Shown here one piece after another: positions 10,201-20,302 of a DNA stretch of 64,000 nucleotides. The notes below the pieces were generated by a model that ran no database searches, had not been told where the DNA came from, and was given only the letters and a program-made list of their open reading frames with translations. The stretch's first letter is position 1; every line of letters begins with the position of its first letter. The position numbers were made by a program, and so were the translations under genes. Origin of the DNA: Candidatus Latescibacterota bacterium (GTDB lineage Bacteria; Latescibacterota; UBA2968; UBA8231); assembly GCA_965197905.1 (NCBI GenBank), contig CBDAOB010000005.1, forward strand, positions 1,056,001 through 1,120,000. Direction: 5' to 3'.

Positions 10201-12454
10201 ATCAGCTCTCTGTACTGTCGGCCCGCGGGTCTTCCGGTCGCGAGCTGACACAACCTGTCCACCTGCTGCTGGGTAATCAACCACCCGCCTCCGAGCTGGG
10301 CACCTTCGCTGGTGCGATCCGGCTGCACGGGGATGAGATCGCAGATGCCTCGGTGCTGTTGTTCGATCCCTCTCGCGATATTCTGCAAGTGATTACGGGC
10401 ATAAACGTTGGAACTTCCGGCCGCTTTCGGTTCGTTGGCCTGGTGCCCGGGTCCTACAGTGCTTTCGCTCAGATCGAGACCGCCGGCGGGGTCTCGCTGC
10501 TGGAGTTTTTCGACGCTGACGGAGACGGCGAACGAGACATCATCACCGTCAATTCGGACACCGAGATCGATCTGGAATACGAGTTCTGGGTCGACGGCGG
10601 CGCGCCGGTGACAGCGATGGGACAGGGAACAGCTTCGTGGGACCTGGACCCTGCTGCGGGCAACCAGTTCGTATCAGATCAAGAGGTAAAGCCGGGTGAC
10701 ACCGTGAGATTGTCGTTATACGGGTCCGACTTGCAGGAGGTAACCGGGGTTTCAGCTGTCGTGCGCTTCGATACCTTACAGCTGTCCTTCGAGCGGGTAT
10801 CCGAAGACACCGAGGACGAGATTCATCTACTGCGCTCCCGGCGGGGTGCTATCCCGCTGTTTCTGCCTCCCCGTCTTGCGATGATGGGGTGCAGTTCGGC
10901 GGTGCCATACTCAGCCCGACGGCCAACACGGCGGCGACGGGAGACGGGCTACTTGGGATATTCGATTTCACCGTCTTGGATGGGTTTGCAGGGACGCAGA
11001 TAGAACTCGAGGAGTTGGTATTGAGCGTCGTGGGAGGGAGCCGAGATACCCTGGACGTTAACGCTACTGCTGTCCTCGAAGCACCTTCCATAGCTCCCCG
11101 AATCTCACCAAGCAGGTTTTCGTTCGATCTGAATCCGAACGCGGGGGACGATCGGGTGCCCGAGCTGGGGGAGATTCAGGCCGGCGACCAGTTTGAGGTG
11201 GCGATTTACATCAACGATGCCACCGCGATAGCCAACTATTCAGTGAAAATCGCGTACGATACCGAGCAACTGGAGTACCTGGAGTATTCTATCCACGGAA
11301 CGAATGAGCCTCCCTTTCTCTCCTCAGCTGGCGGAAGGATCGTCGCGCTGCCTCCGATAGTTGGGAATGGCTCGTTGGAGTTCGGCAATGCCCTCCTGGG
11401 GCCCTCTGCAGACGAGGCACCGTCGGGGAACGGCATAGTGGCTATCCTCACCTTCGCCGCCACTGCGCATTTCTTGGAAACCGAGCTCACCATCGTCGAC
11501 TATTCAACGCGGAGCTTCGATGGAACGAACGAAACCCTGGCAACACCTGTCGTTGCGCGCTTGACCAATAAGTCGTTGGGCGCAATCGCCAAGGTCGACG
11601 CCGATTTCGATAACGATCAGCGAGTCGATTTCAACGACTTCTTCATGTTCGCAGACGCGTTTGGGCGCCCCGATTTCGACCCCGTATTCGATCTCGATGG
11701 CAACGGGGCGGTGGAGTTCGGTGATTTCTTTCTCTTCGCCGATCACTTCGGCCAGGCCGCCGGCAAAGCGATTGTGGTCGACCAGCTCACCTCGGTGCCG
11801 GGGGGGCTCGCTCTAATTGGTAAACCTTCCGGGGACGAGTTTACGTTAGAGCTGCATAGCCAGGATATGGAGCTAAGGGCGTTCCAAGCTGTAATCCGGT
11901 ACGACGCTGACCGGTTCAAGCTGCTGCCGAACGACCCACTCCAGGACGAACGAAACCTGTTGATGGTGTTCCCTGTTGACGGAGAGATTCAGATCCTGGG
12001 GGGGCAAGCTGGAGGCAGCGCCTACCAAAACAGCATGCTTGCCCAGTTGCGATTCGCTCCCGTATCCGAAACCTCCAGAGGGAATTTCATCGTCGAATCG
12101 GCAAATGTGAGTCTCACCGGCGGTACCATCGGTCAACCGGAACGGCTGGGAGGACACCGAGTAGAGATGCTGCCGGCCGAATTTTCGCTGGAACCGAATT
12201 TTCCGAATCCGTTCAATCCCACAACCTCCATCCGCTACAACCTGCCGGCCGGCGCCCGCGTGACCCTCGAGATTTTCAACAGCATCGGACAGCGGATACG
12301 GACCCTGGCGGATGGCGCCCACCAACCGGGAAGCTACGCGGTGGAATGGGATGGCATGGACCAGCATCGCACAGCCGTCGCTGCAGGGTTATATTTCTAT
12401 CGGCTTCACGCCGGCGATCAGGTGCAAACGAGAAAAATGATACTGGCTAAATAA
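7242..12454 (+). pseudogene. Giant exported multi-domain surface protein (~1740 aa): DUF5666-like repeats, Ig/carboxypeptidase-like, cohesin-like, EF-hand/dockerin-like and FlgD/T9SS-type C-terminal domains. Split by a 1-nt frameshift at ~10878 (error or pseudogene).
   Basis: Signal peptide; ~7 'L.L.GP..V...T' repeats. ORFs 7242..11003 and 10889..12454 join at CGT CTT GC GAT GAT GGG GTG, which restores a cohesin-like unit matching the next internal repeat. Also DFDNDQRVDFNDFFMFADAFG and NFPNPFNPTTSIRY...RKMILAK. Confidence 0.75.
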
Positions 12455-12465
12455 GGATCGCGAAA

Positions 12466-12975
12466 ATGTCAGCGAACAGGTCTTGCGTGCGGGCAGCTTT
12501 CGTCTCTTTTGGCATGGTCATTCTAGCGTGCGGCAAACTTCAAGCGGAGCGCGCGCTGCCTTTCAGCCTGCCCAAGGTGAATGGATCTCAGTTCGTGCTG
12601 GAGGAGGAGTTGGGTCGCGGACCGCTGGTGTTCGATTTCTGGGCGACCTGGTGCAAACCGTGTATCAAAGCGCTGCCCGGGTTGCAAACGATCGCGAAGG
12701 AGTATGCGCCGCGCGGGGTAAAGGTATTCACCATCAACATCGATGGGCCGCGAAACGAATCGAAGATCCAGCTTTTTTTGCGCCGTTACCGGCTCGAGCT
12801 GCCCGTGCTGCTGGACAAGACTAACGCCTTGATGAAACAGTTTCATTTCGTTGCCCCGCCGGCGACGATGGTCATCGCCCGCAACGGTGAAGTGGTCTAC
12901 AAACGGGAAGGGTACAAACATGGGGACGAGGCGAAGCTGCGGCAGGTGCTCAACCAGTTGCTTGCCAGCCAATGA
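12466..12975 (+). CDS. TlpA-family thiol:disulfide oxidoreductase
   Basis: Signal peptide; DFWATWCKPC (CxxC) thioredoxin motif. Confidence 0.9.
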   Translation: MSANRSCVRAAFVSFGMVILACGKLQAERALPFSLPKVNGSQFVLEEELGRGPLVFDFWATWCKPCIKALPGLQTIAKEYAPRGVKVFTINIDGPRNESKIQLFLRRYRLELPVLLDKTNALMKQFHFVAPPATMVIARNGEVVYKREGYKHGDEAKLRQVLNQLLASQ

Positions 12976-12987
12976 GCATCGAGCCGT

Positions 12988-14547
12988 TCAGAATACGCGG
13001 CTGACCAGGCGGAACTCGAGACCTTCAAAGCCCAGCACCTCGTAACAGGTCCCCCCGGTACAGGCCAGGCCAGGTCGCCGCTTGCCGGCGAACAGATTGA
13101 GGTTGCGGCCGTTCTGAATCTCCCAGTTCATGTTGCCTCCCCACCAATAGGTCGTTCCCGAGATATCGGCGCCGCGCTCCAGCTCGTCGGTGGACCGCTG
13201 GAGAACGATCGACCAGGACCAGGCAGGGGCACGGTCCACACCCAAGGTTAGATACAGGTTGCGGTAGGGAAGCTTCTCCCGACCGAAGCGACGGTCAACG
13301 TCCTGGAATTGAAGATCTCCACGGCCGGCGTAGCGCGAGGTCGCCTGCCAATCTATCCCGCTTCCGACGGTGCGTCGACGCTCGTTGTTGAAGCTTCGAT
13401 CGCGGCTGTAGTCCGCGAAGAGCTGACCGTCGACGTCGGCGCCAAGAGGGAGGTCGGCTTGGGCGAACAGTTCCCAGGAATTCATGTCGTCCTCGGATCC
13501 TGCATCACCCCGCCGTTTGTAGGTTGTGAAATTGGTGGTGAGGGTCTGTCCGCCGAGGAATCCGTAGCTGATCTCGAGCTGGGTTCCACTCTCGTCATCC
13601 GCCAGGAGTTCGTGGGTATCCCGGTTCAGCAGATACGATTCATGCTCGCGAATCAGCGGTGGCGGGTTGTTGATCGTCGAAAAAGCGAAACGCCGGTAAT
13701 CCTTGTATTCGAAGCTCAAGCCGAAACCTCCACGGGCCAGGGTGAAGGAGGAGTAGAGCGCCCGCGGCAGGTCGCGATCGAGCGAGAACCAGCGGCCGAG
13801 GTCCATATCGTACTGGGCGTACTCGCCGTAGATCTCGGTGTAGCTGTCGCGCAACCCGAGGCGCTCCAAAAAGCGGCCAAGGCGAAGTCGGGTGAACAGG
13901 GTGCCGGCATTCTGCTCCCGGCCACCCGACTTGATCTCCAGCAATCCCGTACCCAGATCGAGAAAGGGCGTGGGTTTCAATTCGACCCGGCTGCCGGCGA
14001 CAGCGCCCCGACGCCGATCTATGCCAGAGAGGCCTGGCGGGAAATTGCTATTGAGGGGTGAGCCGCGCAGCAAGACCAGGTCCACCATCCTGTTGTGGTA
14101 TCGCAGCTGAACCCCATCTAGATCGCGAGTCAACTGGTACCGACGGCGCGCGCCCCGCTCCTCGGTGATCACCCCCGGCTGCTCGAACGCATGGAGAAGG
14201 AGCCCCTGCCCGATTATGCTGTAATAGCTGCCGACACTCAGCTCGATCGGTCCGCGATGATAGCGCACGAAGCGCTGGACGAGCTCGTTGTAATTGCGAC
14301 CATCTTCGCTGGTTCGGTAACTCTCGTCGCGTACTCCCGCCTGGAGAGCCCCGTAGGTCAGGTCCAGGTTCAGCTGCAGGTACCCGGTGCGCATACCCGC
14401 CGGTTTGTCACCGGGTATGTTGCCCAACTGAGCCTCGGATAATGTGCTGATGCTCACCTGGGCTCCGGCACCAGTGGTCCAGAGAAAACAGACGACGCCA
14501 AGTGCAACGGTGAGAAGGCCAGTTCCACGGCTCATATGTGCCATCAT
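12988..14547 (-). CDS. Outer-membrane beta-barrel-like protein, DUF6029-like
   Basis: Signal peptide; G.YY...GQGL.L motif; alternating beta-strand pattern; C-terminal GLACTGGTC...GFEGLEFRL...F resembles the DUF6029 'C.GG.C' tail. Confidence 0.6.
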   Translation of the reverse strand: MMAHMSRGTGLLTVALGVVCFLWTTGAGAQVSISTLSEAQLGNIPGDKPAGMRTGYLQLNLDLTYGALQAGVRDESYRTSEDGRNYNELVQRFVRYHRGPIELSVGSYYSIIGQGLLLHAFEQPGVITEERGARRRYQLTRDLDGVQLRYHNRMVDLVLLRGSPLNSNFPPGLSGIDRRRGAVAGSRVELKPTPFLDLGTGLLEIKSGGREQNAGTLFTRLRLGRFLERLGLRDSYTEIYGEYAQYDMDLGRWFSLDRDLPRALYSSFTLARGGFGLSFEYKDYRRFAFSTINNPPPLIREHESYLLNRDTHELLADDESGTQLEISYGFLGGQTLTTNFTTYKRRGDAGSEDDMNSWELFAQADLPLGADVDGQLFADYSRDRSFNNERRRTVGSGIDWQATSRYAGRGDLQFQDVDRRFGREKLPYRNLYLTLGVDRAPAWSWSIVLQRSTDELERGADISGTTYWWGGNMNWEIQNGRNLNLFAGKRRPGLACTGGTCYEVLGFEGLEFRLVSRVF

Positions 14548-14572
14548 CGATGAGCCGTGGAATGGGCTCGCA

Positions 14573-15925
<1,353 letters not shown>

Positions 15926-15982
15926 CTATTTTAGCCAATTCGGCCACAAAAATGAAGCGACCCTCATAAGGAGAGAACCCAC

Positions 15983-16876
15983 ATGCCCTGGTTACAGACC
16001 GAAGAGAAGCTCCAGCTTCTAGGTATCTATGCCCATCCCCACGATTTAACCCATGCGATCGGGACCATGGGGAATCACGTGAAAAACGGCGACGCCGCCA
16101 CGGTGGCAATCGTGACCGATGGCGGCGCCACCCACAACGAGCGCCTCTGGGAGGAGCTGCACAAGGAAGGCGCCGAGCGCAACAGCGATGTGACCGAGCA
16201 GAAACGGCAGGAGTACGCTCAGCAGAAGTACGAGGAGGCGAAAACCGCCTGCTCCTATTTCGGGGTTACCGACGTCCGCTTTCTCGGCTACAAGGACAAG
16301 CCACTTCTGCGCACCGACGAGATGGTGGAAACGGTGGTCGATCTGATTTGCGAGGTGAGACCCGACATATTGATCACCGAGGTGCCGGCGCTGCACTGGA
16401 TGGATCGCACCTTCGTAACCCCGGACGATCACAGCACCTGCTCTGCTGTGGTGACAGAAGCGCTTATTATCGCCCAGCACCCGCACCTGGACGGAGACAA
16501 ACAGCGCATCCCCCACAAACCGGGCCGGATCTATTACATGTCACCGGGCCAACCCGGTGATCAGGTGGATGTTTACATCGACACCTCCGAATGGGAGGAG
16601 GAGCGGATCAAAGCGGAGATGGCGTATGCTTCCCAGGGACACACACCGTCCTACGCCCGCCAACGGGTGCTGCGCCAGTGTGGTAGCTACGGCTGGTCCG
16701 CCGGCGTCAATCTGGCGGAGAAGTTCCTCAAGGGGAATCGCAACGTTGCCTCGTATTTGCCCATTACCGATCTCGACCTGGAGCATTCTCGTGGCTCTGG
16801 GATCGATCACGCCGTAAATGTCATGGGCGATGAATACCGGGAAGAAGTGAACCGCACCCTGCGCGCCAAAAATTGA
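15983..16876 (+). CDS. PIG-L/LmbE-family deacetylase
   Basis: IYAHPHD, V.IVTDG, EEAKTAC..FGV.DVRFLGY.D, VRPDILIT and AY.SQ motifs; AGGAG RBS. Confidence 0.8.
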   Translation: MPWLQTEEKLQLLGIYAHPHDLTHAIGTMGNHVKNGDAATVAIVTDGGATHNERLWEELHKEGAERNSDVTEQKRQEYAQQKYEEAKTACSYFGVTDVRFLGYKDKPLLRTDEMVETVVDLICEVRPDILITEVPALHWMDRTFVTPDDHSTCSAVVTEALIIAQHPHLDGDKQRIPHKPGRIYYMSPGQPGDQVDVYIDTSEWEEERIKAEMAYASQGHTPSYARQRVLRQCGSYGWSAGVNLAEKFLKGNRNVASYLPITDLDLEHSRGSGIDHAVNVMGDEYREEVNRTLRAKN

Positions 16877-18456
16877 CCGCGCCGAAGGTCTCCCCGTTTA
16901 CGCAGCCGCAACTGCGACCCGATCGCACTCGGCGCAGCCTCGGCTCGTGGAATCCACTGGTGGATCTCACCGAGATCTACGCCGGGCATCGCAGCACCGA
17001 TCGCCTCGGGGTCTACGATCTCTTCGATGCTCCGGTTGGGATTGCCCTGCGGGTCGAGATGGCAGGGCGTTCGGACATCTTGCTGGAAGCGGACCCGCCG
17101 TGGGAAGCCGGAGGCTCGGTGGGCCCGCTCTTCATCTGGAAGACGGATGCTGGTTTCCACATGCTCTATGAGACCAAGAGTGGAACCGGTTATGCCAGCA
17201 GCGACGACGCCTATAACTGGACACGCCCGGAGCTGGGTGAGGTGGAGTTCGAGGGTTCCACGGCCAACAACCTCTTGGCGAACGGCATCGTCGGTTCAAC
17301 CGGGGTCTTCCTCGATCCACATGCTCCACCTGAAGAGCGCTTCAAAGCGATGGGCGGGGATATGGCGTGGTATGATCCAGAAACCTGCCAGCCGCTGGAC
17401 AACGAGGACGCGATGAAGCGGTACGACGCTCAGGAATACGGCGGCGCGGATTACGATGGCCCACGGGCGGAGATCTGGGGTCGTATGTTGGGATGGATCT
17501 CCTCCGACGGCCTTAAATGGGAGCAATTGCCGGAGCTCGGGAATCGTCCGGTCAATGGCGGCATCTCCGCGCGCTGGGACGAAACCACGGAACAGTACAT
17601 CTGCTACCAGCAGATTGCGGGCTATCCGGCCGAAGCATTGAAAGGGATTGGCAGCGCCAAGCTGGAGCAGGAATGCCAGCGCCGCACCATCGCCTTTTCG
17701 TGCACCCGGGACTTCCGGGTATGGCCGGCCCCCAAGCAGATCCTGGCGCCCGACGCCCAGGACGAGCTCGACATCGATTTCTACGGCGCCAACTACTTTC
17801 CGTATCCAGGGCGCACCGATCTACACACCATGATCATTCCGGTCTTTCACCGGGCGATAGACCACGTCGACACCCAGATCGCTTTCAGTCGCGACGGATT
17901 ATTCTGGGACCGGCCGGAGCGGCGAGCGCTGCACACAGTAGGACCTCCCGGCAGCGGCGAGGACTGTCAGGTGCATACCTGGCGCAACGGTATCGTGGAG
18001 CTGCCGGACGGGTTTTGGGCGGTACCCTATACCGGGCTCTCGGGTTTGCACAACGTAGAAAAGGAGTTCCAAAAGCAGCTCTTCCCGCAACACCGTGAGA
18101 TCCAGATCCGTTACGCCCTTTGGCAGCCGCACCGTCTCTGTGGCATCGAAGCCGAGGCCGAAGGACGGTTTACCATTCCTACTATATACCGCAGCGGCGA
18201 CCAGCTGCGATTAAACTACCGTTGCGCCCCCGGCGGCTGGATCGCCGTCGAGCTGCTCCCGAAAACCCCCACCCGCAGTCAGCCCGACATCGAACCGCCT
18301 GACGGATTCTCCTTCGAGGACTGTGAACGCTTGATGGGGGATGAAACAGATCGGGCCGTGACCTGGAACGGCAACACTGATATCACCTCTTTGGGTGATA
18401 CGGTTTCGATTCGCGTAAAGATGTTTCAGGCAAAGCTGTTTGCCTACAAAGTTTGA
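16873..18456 (+). CDS. Hypothetical protein, glycoside-hydrolase-like beta-propeller (paralog 1 of a tandem pair)
   Basis: TTGA overlap with the deacetylase stop. Repeated S.DG..W blades, W.RP.LG.V.F.GS..NN and VF.DPH.P..ERFK motifs. Confidence 0.65.
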   Translation: MTAPKVSPFTQPQLRPDRTRRSLGSWNPLVDLTEIYAGHRSTDRLGVYDLFDAPVGIALRVEMAGRSDILLEADPPWEAGGSVGPLFIWKTDAGFHMLYETKSGTGYASSDDAYNWTRPELGEVEFEGSTANNLLANGIVGSTGVFLDPHAPPEERFKAMGGDMAWYDPETCQPLDNEDAMKRYDAQEYGGADYDGPRAEIWGRMLGWISSDGLKWEQLPELGNRPVNGGISARWDETTEQYICYQQIAGYPAEALKGIGSAKLEQECQRRTIAFSCTRDFRVWPAPKQILAPDAQDELDIDFYGANYFPYPGRTDLHTMIIPVFHRAIDHVDTQIAFSRDGLFWDRPERRALHTVGPPGSGEDCQVHTWRNGIVELPDGFWAVPYTGLSGLHNVEKEFQKQLFPQHREIQIRYALWQPHRLCGIEAEAEGRFTIPTIYRSGDQLRLNYRCAPGGWIAVELLPKTPTRSQPDIEPPDGFSFEDCERLMGDETDRAVTWNGNTDITSLGDTVSIRVKMFQAKLFAYKV

Positions 18457-18504
18457 CGAGTAGCGCCGCTTCCCGCTGGCAACCCGCAGGATGAAAGGCT
18501 AGAT

Positions 18505-20085
18505 ATGGCTAAGAAAGCATCACCCTTCACCGAACCTCAGATACGCTCGTCGCGAATCCGGCGCAACGCCGGCACCTGGAATCCAATCGTCGATACCACC
18601 GACATCTTTTGCGGCAACCGCAGCGTCGATCGTCAGGGGGTCTACGATCTCTACGATGGGGCGATCGGGGTCGAGCTGCGCGTCGAACAGGCAAGCCGTT
18701 CGGAACCGCTGTTGGAAGGAACCGAGCCCTGGGAACAAGGTTCCGTCTCCCCACTATTCATCTGGAAAGCGGAAGACGGGTTCAAGATGCTGTATTCGGC
18801 CAAGTTCGGGACCTGTCTGGCAACCAGCGAGGATGGGTACGAATGGACACGACCGGTGTTGAACGAAGTGGATTACGAAGGTTCTACCGCAAACAATATC
18901 CTCGGCGACGGCATCAAAGGATGTACTGGGGTCTTCATCGACCCCCACGGTCCGCCCGAAGAACGCTTCAAGGCGATGGGTGGGGACATGGAGTGGTACG
19001 ATCCGGCAACCTGCCAACCGCTGGATGGGAACGAGGCGCAAAAACGGTACGATGCTCAGGAGTACCAGGGTGACAGCTATACCGGACCCAAAGCGGAGAT
19101 CTGGGGGCGCATGCTCGGTTGGACCTCGGCGGATGGCTTGCGCTGGACACCGATGCCGGAGATGCTGGGCAACAGGCCGGTGAACGGCGGCATATCCGCG
19201 CGTTGGGACGAAGACACGCAGCAGTACATCTGTTATCAGCAGATCATGGGATTCGCGGCGGAGGCAATAAAGGGGATCGGCAGCGCCAGCATCGAGGAAG
19301 AGACCCAGCTGCGCACCATCGCCTTTGCCTGCACGAAGGATTTCGCCAAATGGCCGGCGCCGAAGCTGATCCTGCGGCCGGATGCTCAGGATCCGTACGA
19401 CATCGACTTCTACGGTGGCAACTACTTTCCGTATCCCGGTCGCACCGATCTGCACGGCATGATCGTGCCGATCTATCACCGGGCCAACGACGGCATGGAT
19501 TCGCAGCTCGCCTTCAGCAGGGACGGCCTGTTCTGGACGCGCCCGGAGCGGCGCGCCGCCCACACCATGGGTGAACCCGGTAGCGGCGACGAGTGCGGGA
19601 CGCATTGTTGGCGCAGTGGACTCCTTGAGCTGCCAGATGGCAAATGGGCGGTGCCGCATACCGGCACCTCGAAGCTCCACAACGTGCGCGACGAGTACGT
19701 CGAGAAGCTGTTACCTCTGCGGCGTCAGGGGCAGATTCGCTACGCCCTGTGGGATCCGCACCGGTTCTGCGGCGTCGAGGCCGAGCTGGAAGGGCGTTTC
19801 ACTATCCCCTCCATTTACCGCAAGGCGAATCAGCTACGGATCAACTATCGCTGCGCACCCGGAGGCTGGATCGCGGTGGAGCTGTTACCCAGGAACCCCG
19901 GTTTGTTTCAGCCCGATCTGGATCCGATCCCGGGATTCTCTTTCGCCGAGTGTGACCGTCAGACCGGAGATCACACCAATCGTGCCGTAACCTGGAATGG
20001 GAACAGCGACATCTCGGAAATAGGCGAATCGGTGGTTATTCGGGTGAAGATGTTCCAGACGAAGCTGTTTGCGTACCGATTGTAG
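18505..20085 (+). CDS. Hypothetical protein, glycoside-hydrolase-like beta-propeller (paralog 2 of a tandem pair)
   Basis: Collinear with 16873..18456 over its full length, sharing ERFKAMGGDM.WYDP.TCQPLD, GNRPVNGGISARWDE and NYFPYPGRTDLH. Confidence 0.7.
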   Translation: MAKKASPFTEPQIRSSRIRRNAGTWNPIVDTTDIFCGNRSVDRQGVYDLYDGAIGVELRVEQASRSEPLLEGTEPWEQGSVSPLFIWKAEDGFKMLYSAKFGTCLATSEDGYEWTRPVLNEVDYEGSTANNILGDGIKGCTGVFIDPHGPPEERFKAMGGDMEWYDPATCQPLDGNEAQKRYDAQEYQGDSYTGPKAEIWGRMLGWTSADGLRWTPMPEMLGNRPVNGGISARWDEDTQQYICYQQIMGFAAEAIKGIGSASIEEETQLRTIAFACTKDFAKWPAPKLILRPDAQDPYDIDFYGGNYFPYPGRTDLHGMIVPIYHRANDGMDSQLAFSRDGLFWTRPERRAAHTMGEPGSGDECGTHCWRSGLLELPDGKWAVPHTGTSKLHNVRDEYVEKLLPLRRQGQIRYALWDPHRFCGVEAELEGRFTIPSIYRKANQLRINYRCAPGGWIAVELLPRNPGLFQPDLDPIPGFSFAECDRQTGDHTNRAVTWNGNSDISEIGESVVIRVKMFQTKLFAYRL

Positions 20086-20302
20086 ACACCGGGGTAAGGC
20101 CCACTAACGCCAAGATACTGCATGTCGGGAGGCTTGATTGATCGGTGCAAGGCTAATTTCGCCCATATTCGCGCTCATATGCGCCGCACATTTGTTAGGG
20201 TGTGACGCGTCTAAGGTTGGACCGCGATCTCCGATCCGGGTGGGTTGGCATCCATAGCCCGGCTACTACCCCGCTGTTCTGGGCGCCTTATATAGGCCAC
20301 AC

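Noticed and set aside
10870..10890. Programmed ribosomal frameshift in the giant protein gene
   Set aside because: No slippery heptamer or homopolymer at the junction, and similar indels are scattered through the window.
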